Source: Epithemia pelagica (taxonomy: Eukaryota > Protista > Bacillariophyta). Taken from it: 64,000 bases of DNA. The notes under the pieces were generated by a model. That model was not told the DNA's origin. It did no database searches and saw nothing but the letters and a program-made list of their open reading frames with translations. Shown one piece after another: positions 1-11,106 of the stretch. The stretch spans positions 5,394,001-5,458,000 of the forward strand of contig OX337228.1 in the NCBI GenBank assembly GCA_946965045.2. The letters are read 5' to 3'. A program made the position numbers and the translations under genes. The stretch's first letter is position 1, and every line of letters starts with the position of its first letter.

Positions 1-240
1 CAACAGATGCGTTGTGAGAAAGACAAAGGTGTGCCGGAACACGCGAAGGAGTACCTGTTGAGTACTTGAACTTCGCCCCCCTTTACGGTATCCAGCCGGT
101 CTGGCAAGGATCGCCCTCTTTTCAGTCTTGCGACTTACTTGTACGTAAAGTACGGGATGGGGGAATACGACAGTCTCGAAGGACTGGGAATCTGGTTGCC
201 CGTTGGATTGGTTACCCCGGATAGGTCCCCAGATTCTGGA

Positions 241-1211
241 TGAACAAAACACACCCCCAAATTTTCGGTTCACGTTACACAGAAAACTGACCCAGTACAA
301 AATCAGATGATCGCCACGCGCGAGTTCCCCCAAGCAACAAGACACGATCGTCTCACAAACAAAGGAGGTGAAAACTCGGAGAAGACAATCGAGAGCAGCA
401 ATCAACCAGATCCGACAACAAAGTCCACGGGACAGGCAACAAGATGGACAAGAAACAGCAAAATGTTGTTTCCATCCACAAGGGATGATGAAAAGCCACA
501 AGCAGAAGCAATCCAAGAAAGGCAAACAACAATCAACCACAAACCTGACTCAGAGAGTCTGTTGAGACTGTTAATCTCGCAAAGGTTAAAGGGCGTCTGC
601 CCAAACAGGAATGTGGTGAGTGTTAGGTTTTAGAGGCTGTACCAAAGCCTCAGCAGACAGAGAGCAAAGAGGACAATCAGGAGTCACCAACTACGTAGCC
701 AGTTCCCCACGGGTCAAGGAAAAGGCCAACAACTACTAGGAGAGTAGGTAGGACACAAAGAGATGTGATGAATGGTGAGATTTTAGATTGTGAGCTTTAT
801 TCTAGATTTGTATGTCTTTCCCCATGGCTGTCTTTGCTGCCACATTAGGTTATTATCCCCAGTACTGGGTACAGAGATCCTACGTGCATTTCTTCCCAAA
901 TGTACTAAGGCTACGAGGATCTACTGGGTCATATCTCTAATGTACCGTGGCTACGTATCCTGTACGTATCCTTGGATGGTTGTCCATTTCCCAATGACCA
1001 CAGGTTCTCACATGTATCTTTGATTCTCACATGTAAGCCAATGTTGGTAGTCCCGTCATGGTCAATGGCGCCAATCTCGTCTTCTATAGCATACCTAGAG
1101 AACTAGTTATGATAGTTCGAGTCTTGTCTACGGTGTGTTAAGTGAATCAACCACAAGAAGGTGTACTCCTTATCGAGACGACTCGATCGGATACCTATAA
1201 CTTGTGCGACA
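241..1211 (-). mobile_element. Probable 5' LTR (about 971 bp) of a minus-strand LTR retrotransposon (element A) whose body runs off the left edge
   Basis: On the minus strand it starts TGTCGCAC at 1211 and ends GTTCA at 241. The RT reading frame of element B resumes at 1212 (cgc ttt gcc = RFA). A PBS-like TCCAGAATCTGGGG follows the CA end. The partner LTR is outside the window. Confidence 0.55.
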
Positions 1212-1838
1212 CGCTTTGCCTTTAGCCCAAAGAGGTCACATGAGCAAGCCGTTGAAAAGATTGGACAGTACCTTAAGCATACGCAAGATCAAGGACTGAT
1301 CCTTAAGCCCTCCACGAATCTGGACATCGACTGTTTTGTCGACGCCGACTTCGCTGGTTTGTGGCCCTATGAAGAAAAATTGGATTCGACCTGCGTGAAA
1401 AGTCGCACGGGATTCGCTATCTGTTTGGCAAACTGTCCCATGGTCTGGACAAGCAAATTACAAAGTTCGATTGCCTTGAGCACCATGGAGGCCGAATACA
1501 ACGCATTGAGTGAGTCGTTGAAGTCGGTCCTACCACTACGAGAGCTGTTGACCCACGTTGCAGAAGGAGTTGGGCTCAGCAAAGAATATACAACAACATT
1601 TAAGACGACAGTCTGGGAAGATAACATGGGAGCCTTGACTTTGGCCAACCTAGAACCTGGACGGATCACACCTCGGTCGAAATACTACGCAGTGAAGATG
1701 CACTGGTTTCGACAACATATAAGCGATCGGCTGCGAGTCGTCAAAGTTGATACGACACAACAGCGCGCCGACATTCTGACCAAAGGTCTTACACAATCCA
1801 CGTTTGAGCACATTCGGAAGCTCCTCTGTGGATGGTAA
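1212..1838 (+). pseudogene. 3' part of a Ty1/copia pol (end of RT plus RNase H) of element B, cut at its 5' side by element A
   Basis: Motifs FVDADFAG, KSRTG, WTSKLQSSIALSTMEAEY, WEDNMGA and ADILTKGL; stop at 1836-1838. Confidence 0.92.
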
Positions 1839-1899
1839 CCACCAAATCTATTCTCACAATTTACATCTTTAAAGTCCATTATCTCATCCGTGTTCGGCT

Positions 1900-2077
1900 G
1901 AGAGGGAGTGAAAAGGGTGCGACCTAATGGAGACTAGCCTAGAGCTGACTCACAAGGTCCTACGTCACCTTGCCCAACCAGCCTCACACTTGGACTGACG
2001 CACTACTTGCATATCTTTTAGGAACGTACGAACTAGTTGATCTTCTATCATAATTTTCCCAATTCATCCCCTTTTCA
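1900..2077 (+). mobile_element. Polypurine tract (1900-1908) and 169-bp 3' LTR (1909-2077) of element B
   Basis: GAGAGGGAG is followed by TGAAAAGGG...CCCTTTTCA, a perfect 9-bp terminal inverted repeat with TG..CA ends. Confidence 0.78.
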
Positions 2078-2361
2078 GGAAGCAACAACAACCCGAATGA
2101 AAACCATCCATCCGACGCCATTATGCACCCGCCCAATCCGACCCGAGTTGTCAACCATATCCCTAACCATCTCATGGACCGTCCTGGCGTTGGAACGAAC
2201 TGCCTCGACCTTCCTACGACTTCAAACCACCACTGCCAATACGCTACAAACACCAACAAGATGAACCTGCTCCCAAATGCGATTTGCTTCAGTTCGAATG
2301 CCTCCCTACAACACCCATGGACCCTTTGAACCCCCACCGACGTGTCAATCCTGTCTCTACT

Positions 2362-3144
2362 TGTTAGAATTCTCACCGTCTATGGTGGTTAGATTCTACA
2401 TCTCATCGATTCCCCATGTCACATAGCCTCGTGCTATCGCATCATGCCATCTAGCTTCGAGCTATGTTCCCTAGCTTTGCGCTATATTGACCTATATTTC
2501 TTCGCAAATCATGAAAAGTGAGAATAGATTGACGAACTCACTCTCAAGACTAAACTGGGTCGTGCGGTATTACAACGGACGTAAATTTGGCCGTTGCTCG
2601 GACATTATACTAACGCCCTAAGCGTACGCGCCCGAAATCATCGAGCGCGCCCAAGCGACATCCGAGCGCTGTCGGCATCTATCCGACCTAACGGTCTAAG
2701 TATCCCAAGCACGACACACGATCACGCGAGACCATATTTCCATTCCCACAATCTCCAAATTGTCAACAAGCTGCGCGCCATGAAAACAACTATGCCAACC
2801 CAAAGCAAGAGCTGTTGACCCTGTATATGTTATCCGTCCACATATACATGTCATATACATCACATGAATCGACTCCAACTATTCCAAACCTGTTGCCGCC
2901 AAGAACCTATGACACATGACCCTTGGCAGGACCGAACATTTCACGTAGACCTATCGTAGTAATCAACACACAATCTAACAATATCACCATTTATCACATC
3001 TTCTTTTGTGTCCCGACTATCCTTTTGATAGACTACGACTTGCTTGCTTCTCTGACCCTGAGAAGCTTGTATCGGTTGGTGACCTACCTGATTGTCTGCT
3101 CTACCGAGCATCAATGTCCCTACGATTCAGAAAGAATTGTAACA
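2362..3144 (+). repeat. 5' LTR of element C
   Basis: Matches 9963-10745 except at 4 positions (2478, 2689, 2832, 2835) by manual comparison. Confidence 0.97.
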
Positions 3145-3159
3145 GATTAACAGTCTCAA
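3145..3159 (+). other. Primer-binding site of element C, complementary to a tRNA-Asn(GUU) anticodon arm
   Basis: GATTAACAGTCTCAA lies directly after the LTR. Its reverse complement TTGAGA-CT-GTT-AA-TC reads as stem, anticodon loop and start of the 3' stem. Confidence 0.6.
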
Positions 3160-3180
3160 AGCTTATTTCCTTGTGGTTTC

Positions 3181-3960
3181 ATGGATACTAACGAGCTTAT
3201 CACTCCTGTACGACAGATCTATCGAGCCAACCTGCATCCCGGGCAGCCCGATACCCTGGTGCAGCAGGAACTGGTGCCGATGCCGAAGGCAGCCAACACA
3301 TCGGTCAACATCTCCGTCGACAGTTCCAACAGCAACCCATTCGAGACTCCAACCCAGCCTCACGCTCCAATCCCTGCGCCGTTGCTTCGGCCCCCGAGTC
3401 CGCCTCGTCGGCTCGTCCCTTCTTGATCCCGTCGTACCACCCGGTTGATTGCTGATCATATCAAGTACTTTCGTCAACCAACTTGTTCGACCTTCGATCC
3501 CGAGATCATCCGTGGGGAGACCCAGATCGAACGTCAGTTCCAATCGGTGACCCACATCGTCGACCAAGAAGACATTGACCGTCTGAACGACCAACTTCAT
3601 CGTTCTCCAAGGCGTCGCCTCATCTTGGCCGCCCTCTCGGGCAACCCCATCCGTACTGTCCACCTCCGCTTCCTAACCTTCGAGCGCCCAACTGGATACT
3701 ACAATACCATCTACGTCGTGAACGCGACGACTTGCCCTCTGCCTCCTAACGTTGTACGCCTAGATAACTACGTTGCCTACATCCACGAGGTCCATACCAT
3801 CGAGGACCATCGTGCAACTATCTTCCCTTTGCGTACCGAGGTCGAGAACCACTTGGCTGAAGGTGATACCCCTTCTTCTGTTGCTTGTGCTGCCCCATCT
3901 GAGCCTGGAAACGACTCTGATTATTCGGAAGAGAGTGGGGATTCGGAGACCGAAGCTTAA
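3181..3960 (+). pseudogene. Accessory ORF0 of element C upstream of gag (about 259 aa, one in-frame TGA at 3424-3426)
   Basis: ORFs 3181-3426 and 3445-3960 are in the same frame, joined by TCC CGT CGT ACC ACC CGG. No recognisable gag, pol or env motif. Confidence 0.7.
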
Positions 3961-4014
3961 TTACTCATAGTTAACTCCCGTCCTCTCAAAACCTTTCCAA
4001 GACTTAAACTCAAC

Positions 4015-4258
4015 GCACATCCGGGTACCCTTGGTCGCACAACACGCCACACATTCCCGTCAAATCGCGAAAATTCGGCGAAAATTTGTTGAAACTCGGC
4101 GAAAATTTGTCGGAATCAACGGAAATTTCCAGGAGTCGCACATCACAACACACATCCGGGTATCACATACGTGGTACATACGTGGCACACGGGGTACATC
4201 CGGGTTCACATCACATCACACATTAAATAAACCACATCACACCGCACATTAAATAAAC
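4015..4258 (+). repeat. Short direct-repeat-rich spacer between ORF0 and gag
   Basis: ACATCCGGGT x3, TCGGCGAAAATTTGT x2 and CACATTAAATAAAC x2. Confidence 0.75.
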
Positions 4259-4280
4259 ATCGAACCAACCAAATAACACC

Positions 4281-7200
4281 ATGGATCCTCAATCACCCAA
4301 GACACCTACGACTCCTAAGGGAGAAGATAACCAAGACAATGTCTCGAACACAGACCTATTCGACCACATCATATTTACTGTCTGCCAATTCTTTACCAAA
4401 GAAAGGGCCGACTACTGAATGAAGTGGATGAAATACCATGGTTTTGAGAACATTACCCATGTTATCTCGTATATGCAAACTAATACCGAGGAATCCATGA
4501 ACGAACTGACACAATACAAGGTCAACAAACAGACACATGATCTACAAGGCCCCACAAGACAGCAGATCAAGCTCTTGGCTTATTGGGCCATATACAAGAC
4601 CAATGAAATTCAAGACGAGCTATCCAATAGCGACTGGATGAACCTAACGAGGAAAGAGTTCAACACTTGGAGGATCAACACAGATTTCTCTAAGGGACCA
4701 CCTAGCCAAGTTCCAGTCTCGCCAATGAAGTCACCGTCATCTGTGAAATCTGTCAGCACAGTTACTGCCGCATCCCAATCTCAACAAGACCTTACAGCAT
4801 TCAGAAAGGGAACTAAGCGCGACGCAACTGCATATGAGGTATTCAAGGATGAACGATACTACGATTCATTCTGGCGTGTATTCAAGACTACAGCTAAGGC
4901 TCAAGGCCTATCCAACGTTCTGAATTTCAAATACACACCACCCCATGATGATGAGTATGCCGAAGAACTTTTTCAAGAGCAACAAGTATTTCTTTACTCC
5001 GTTCTTGTCCGTATCATTCAGACTGACCAAGGTCGAGCCTATGTACGTGAACATGAACATGATGAAGATGCGCGTGCCGTATTGCAGAAGTTACACTCTT
5101 TGCATACCGAATCCGACCTAGCAAAACGAGAAGTCCTCCGTTTAACCAACTACATTTCCAATCTACGTCTTGACGACACATGGCGCGGAACAACACGTCA
5201 ATTTCTTCTACACTTTCAAGAGCAGCTACGTTTGCTAGACAATCTAGTGACATTGTCTGATCGCATCCCTGATCATACCAGGATGACCTTCCTCATGTAA
5301 GCTGTAGAAAAGGTACCTGATCTCCGCTGAGTCAAGATCTTGGATAATGTGGTGAACACCAAATCCGGTGCAAAATCCCTTTGCTATCAATCATACTTCC
5401 GTCTCCTTCTAGACGCAGCTTATGACCATGATCAAGCAACCCAGTCATCTGTTCATAGTCGCCGTCGACATGTCAAACAACATGAATCACTATATGGCCA
5501 AGATACAGATGCTGACATAACCTCACAAGATGATATGGAGTATCATGTCCACAACACCAAAGCGACATCTGAATCTCCATCCTCTTCGTCCAAGGTTAGT
5601 CTACCGCGTGACCTATGGTTCAAACTTTCTGAAGAAGATCGCAAGTTGATCATTGAGTATAACAAGATGATTCAAGCACCTTCATCAACAACACGGAGGA
5701 AAGTGCAAACACATGCCCTCGACATTGATCCGGAACCTGATCCTGACCCCAACCAAGTTGCATCTGATGACGACTCACCTGGCGTAGTCCCTGAGCATCC
5801 AGATGATTCAGATCCGGTTACACAATTTATCAACCAAGCCATGACGACTGATATCAATCACCCGGCAACTGACCTGACTAGTGTTCTTTCTAACGCCAAG
5901 TCCAAGACGAGCAAGAAGGTTACTTTCAAAGCCAACATGCATAAACAAGCAGGACATGTTCCACGCTATTTGTTTTCCAGGAAATCTACTTTACCAGGAA
6001 ATCAATTGATTGACCGTGGTGCTAATGGAGGACTTGCTGGTTCTGACATGCGCATCCTTTCTAAGACTGGCCGCCATATCACTATTGTGGGTATTGATAA
6101 CCATGAACTTACTGGACTTCCTGTCGTCACATGTGCCGCAAAGTTTGAGACCAATGATGGACCTATTGTCGGCATCTTCAATGAATATGCTTATTATGGA
6201 AAGGGCTTATCTATCCATGCTCCTGGTCAATTTGAGCATTTCGGGCTTGCTGTTGATGAACGATCTGTTAAAGTTGATGGTAAACAACGCATCACTACAC
6301 TTGATGGCCGTGCTATACCCCTTCACATCAAGGATGGGTTAGCCTACATCCACTCCTTGGGTATCCCCAGCGACGATGACATGAATACCTTACCTCAGAT
6401 CATCTTCACGTCACCCGACACATGGGATCCTGGTGTTCTGGACCATTCGTATTCTCCCACATCCTCTGACAATGATCCTGATTGGAAACACGTCAAGACT
6501 GATGGTAGTATGTCGAACCATCCATATGACAACTATGGGGAGTACACTGATCGTGTTGTTTGTAACCTCAATCTCCTTTTGGATCTCCCATACGATCATG
6601 GACCTGACGACGCACCCTTCTTTTCTATCTATGCTGACGCAGAAGGTAATGATCCTACACTTCATGCCTCTGTCCACCGTCGTTACCAGGAAGCGTATGA
6701 CTGGAAGAAGTTCCGTCCATTCTTTGGTTGGCAATCTGAAGATGTTATTGCCGATACGTTCAAGCACACTACACGTAATGGTAGCATTACTTTTGACCAC
6801 GACACCCTCAAGAAACATTTCAAGGCTCGCAATCCGGTCCTTAATATACCTCGACGTCATGAACCCGTTGCTACTGACTCGGTTTTCTCCGATACCCCTG
6901 CTGTTGACCATGGCGGTAAAGTCGCACAAATCTTTGTTGGTCGAGATACTCTGGTTACTGATATCTATGGGATCAAGTCAACCAAACAGTTTGTCAATAC
7001 TCTTCAGGACAACATCCGGTTTCGTGGTGCCATGGAGACTCTTATCAGTGATGGTGGTTCATCTCTCATTTCTCAAAAGGTCAAAGACATTCTTCGCACT
7101 TTGCTTATTGGGGAGTATCGATCCGAACCTTATCATCAACACCAGAATAAGGCTGAAAACCGTTACCAGACCGTCAAACATATGACCAACGCTCTCATGA

Positions 7201-9968
7201 ATGCCACTGGTTGCCCTGCCAACACCTGGCTTCTTTGCCTTGAGTATGTCTGTGACTTATTGAACCATACATCATCACCCACCCATTCCGGTCGCACTCC
7301 TCTTGAGGCTCTCTCCGGACGCCCACCCGACATTACTCATCTCTTGTTCTTTCCTTTCTGGGATGAGGTTTACTACCGTGTCGACCCCGCTGAACCCAAT
7401 TCCGGTTCATATCCATCTTCTTCTGATGAGAAACTTGGCCACTGGGTTGGTTTTGCTCACAACGTTGGTGATTCTTTTACTTGGAAGATTCTCACCCAGG
7501 ATAACCAGATAATCTACCGTTCTGCCGTTCGCCGTGTTGAATCCACTACACCTAACCTACGTGTGGATCGACCTTCAGGGGAGGATTCGTCTGAGAAGGA
7601 TGACAATGATAAGCAAGCCGACACTGTCTTCATTCGCAGTGATAGTGAAGATCCATCCAAACCAATGCCCACAATCGATTTTGACGACATGATAGGACGT
7701 ACATTCCTATGCGACACAGAAGAAAATGGGGAGCGACACCGTGCACGTGTCATCAAACGAGTCATTGATCTTAATGAAGAAGCAACGAAACAGGAAGAAC
7801 GTGTCAAGTACATCTACCGAAAGACAAATTCTGATGTTGATGAGATGATATCCTATAATCAACTCATGGAGTATATCGAACGAGATAACCAAGCTCAAAC
7901 CTCTGGAGATAATCTTTTCAGGTTCAGGGACGTCATTGCCCATCAAGGCCCACTGAACACAACTGATCCAGATTACAAGGGGAGCAAATATAATTTGCTT
8001 GTTGATTGGGAAACTGGGGAGACTACCTATGAACCTTTATCACTCATCGCCAATGATGATCCGATCACTGTAGCAATTTATGGAAAGAAACATGGTTTAC
8101 TCAACGAGCCTGGATGGAAGCATTTGAAACGTTATGTCAAAACAAGCAAACGTCTCATTCGAGCAGCCAAACAGTCAAGGCTTAAACAAGTTCACCATTC
8201 CGTCAAGTATAAGTTTGGATTCCAAGTACCGCGCAATTATGAGGAAGCTGTTGCTCTTGATAAACAACATGGCAACACAAAGTGGCAGGATGCAACAGAA
8301 TTAGAATTGTCACAGATCCAGTCCTACAAGACATTCAAGGATTTTGGGAAAGCCATCTTCATTAAAGGGAAAGTATCCAATGCACCTGAAGGATATCATA
8401 AGATACGTGTACATCTTGTCTTTGACGTAAAACATGATGGACGACATAAAGCAAGACTTGTCGCAGATGGACATCTCACAAAAGAACCTGTTGAGACAAT
8501 CTATTCAGGTGTTGTTTCCATTCGCAACCTCCGCATTGCCTTATTCCTGGGTACTTTGAATGACTTGGAAATATGGGGAGCAGATATTGGAAACGCATAC
8601 CTGGAAGCCTTGACAGGGGAGAAAATTTTCATTGTCGCAGGACCTGAATTCAAGGAATTAGAAGGTCACATCCTGATTATATACAAGGCACTTTATGGAT
8701 TGAAGTCATCAGGCGCACGCTGGCATGATGTCTTATCCGATGTTTTGACAGACATGGGATTTTCACCAAGCAAAGCAGATCCGGATATCTGGATGAGGAA
8801 AGCACCTGGAGAAGACTGTTACGAATACATTGCCGTATACGTTGATGACTTAGCCATTATTTCTACTGATCCTGGGAATATCTGCAAGATCCTGAAGGAG
8901 AAATACAACTTCAAACTCAAAGGAGATGGACCTATTGATTTCCACTTGGGATGTTGTTACACCAAGGATTCTGATGGAACATTAGTAGCAGATCCAAGAC
9001 GCTACATTGGTAAGATGATGGACACTTTCAAACAAATCTTCAAGGAGAAACCCAAGAAAGCCAAAACACCTCTTATTGGTGGAGACCATCCTGAATTGGA
9101 TGATTCTGAGCTCCTTGATGAAGAAGGTACTAGCCATTTCCAAACTCTGATTGGACAACTCCAATGGGTGATCACTATTGGTCGTTTCGACGTCTTCACC
9201 GCTACAATGACGCTATCAGGCTTTCGTGCTGCTCCGAGGAAAGGACATCTTGATAGAGCCAAGCGTATCTATGGATACCTTGCACATCTCCCAGAAGGCG
9301 CAATCAGATTTAGGATTGGAGAGCCTGATTATTCAAGTCTTCCTACCCAAGAATTTGATTGGACTCGCACTGTCTATTCGAATGCAAGTGAACGTATTCC
9401 TGAAGACTGCCCAACACCTCTTGGCCACTATGTTACCACAACTCATTATGTTGATGCCAATCTCATGCATGACATAGTCACTGGTAAATCCGTCACTGCT
9501 GTTCTACATTTGTTGAACGGAACACCTATTGACTGGTACAGCAAGAGACAGAGCACGGTGGAAACTGCTACCTATGGATCCGCGTTTGTGGCTGCAAGGA
9601 CAGCAATAGATCAGATTACAGAATTACGACATTCTCTCCGCTACCTTGGAGTACCTATCCAAGAGCGAAGTTACATGTACGGAGATAACAGATCTGTTGT
9701 GCTCAATGCAACCGTTCCTCATTCCATACTATCCAAGAGACACCATCTTCTGTCATACCACTGAGTTCGTGAAGCCATTGCAGCAAAGTATGTTGCATTC
9801 TACTGGAAAGATGGAAAGACCAACCCTGCCGATATCCTTAGCAAACATTGGGATTTCGTATCTATTTGGCCCATGCTCAAGCCATTGTTGTTTTGGAAAG
9901 GAGAAGTTCAAGACCTCAACAAATCCAATGATGACAAGGCTGAAACGACGAGTTGTGGGGAGTGTTAG
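4281..9968 (+). pseudogene. Single-frame gag-pol of element C (about 1895 codons) with 4 internal stops (4416, 5298, 5328, 9762)
   Basis: One frame runs from ATG 4281 to TAG 9966-9968. Motifs: PR LIDRGANGG, IN VATDSVF..SEPYHQHQNKAE, RT WGADIGNAY..ALYGLKSSG..YVDDL, RNase H YVDAN..ETATYGSAF..NPADILSK. Confidence 0.93.
9957..9962 (+). other. Polypurine tract of element C
   Basis: GGGGAG directly before the TG of the 3' LTR. Confidence 0.8.
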
Positions 9969-10745
9969 AATTCTCACCGTCTATGGTGGTTAGATTCTAC
10001 ATCTCATCGATTCCCCATGTCACATAGCCTCGTGCTATCGCATCATGCCATCTAGCTTCGAGCTATGTTCCCTAGCTTCGCGCTATATTGACCTATATTT
10101 CTTCGCAAATCATGAAAAGTGAGAATAGATTGACGAACTCACTCTCAAGACTAAACTGGGTCGTGCGGTATTACAACGGACGTAAATTTGGCCGTTGCTC
10201 GGACATTATACTAACGCCCTAAGCGTACGCGCCCGAAATCATCGAGCGCGCCCAAGCGACATCCGAGCGCTGTCGGCATCTATCCGACCCAACGGTCTAA
10301 GTATCCCAAGCACGACACACGATCACGCGAGACCATATTTCCATTCCCACAATCTCCAAATTGTCAACAAGCTGCGCGCCATGAAAACAACTATGCCAAC
10401 CCAAAGCAAGAGCTGTTGACCCTGTATATGTTTTCTGTCCACATATACATGTCATATACATCACATGAATCGACTCCAACTATTCCAAACCTGTTGCCGC
10501 CAAGAACCTATGACACATGACCCTTGGCAGGACCGAACATTTCACGTAGACCTATCGTAGTAATCAACACACAATCTAACAATATCACCATTTATCACAT
10601 CTTCTTTTGTGTCCCGACTATCCTTTTGATAGACTACGACTTGCTTGCTTCTCTGACCCTGAGAAGCTTGTATCGGTTGGTGACCTACCTGATTGTCTGC
10701 TCTACCGAGCATCAATGTCCCTACGATTCAGAAAGAATTGTAACA
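9963..10745 (+). repeat. 3' LTR of element C
   Basis: 783-bp copy of 2362-3144, followed by the TSD CTACT. Confidence 0.97.
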
Positions 10746-10750
10746 CTACT

Positions 10751-10958
10751 ACCCCAAGGAACCCTTGTGAGGCTGGAATTGAGCGCCCCGACCCTCTGCC
10801 GGCTTCCACCACTACTACCAACACAGCACCTATCAAACGAACAACAACCAAACCGATGACAGGGTCCGCGTCTGCTATTTCAACGCCACAAGGGTCCCTT
10901 GGAGTAAAAGAGAAAGGAGTGACATGTCGGTAGCGATTGAAAGGGTCCATGGTTGTTG
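10751..10958. repeat. Old imperfect inverted repeat whose left arm (2309-2361 plus 10751-10769) is split by element C; right arm 10887-10958
   Basis: With element C and one TSD removed, the 72-nt left arm matches the reverse complement of 10887-10958 at 60/72 positions without gaps. Confidence 0.8.
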
Positions 10959-11106
10959 TTACAACCACAGCAAGATGGGCCTCGTGGTGTTTTCGTTGTG
11001 GTTGTTGTGAGTTTTTGTCAAAGTCGGAGGAGCGAGATCGAGCCGTGGGGGTGAGTATCAGATTGCACCCTTACCCATTCACGAGCAGGACTCACCCTTC
11101 CGCTAG

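Larger units (their letters stand above)
2362..10745 (+). mobile_element. Full-length Ty1/copia (CoDi-like) LTR retrotransposon, element C, 8384 bp
   Basis: Two 783-bp LTRs with TG..CA ends; 5-bp TSD CTACT at 2357-2361 and 10746-10750; PBS, PPT and gag-PR-IN-RT-RNase H order. Confidence 0.97.

Noticed and set aside
307-1023. Short ORFs inside LTR A, and the matching short ORFs in both LTRs of C
   Set aside because: No motifs; they are chance frames in LTR sequence.
3424-9764. TGA recoding or programmed read-through in element C
   Set aside because: Host genes in the window end in TGA (for example 12795-12797 and 30878-30880), one internal stop is TAA, and C-to-T decay explains all five more simply.
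10702-10968. Apparent protein similarity between the two palindrome arms (MDPFNRYRHVTP versus MDPLNPHRRVNP)
   Set aside because: Only 3 of the 12 mismatches are at third codon positions, so this is nucleotide-level inverted repetition, not coding conservation.
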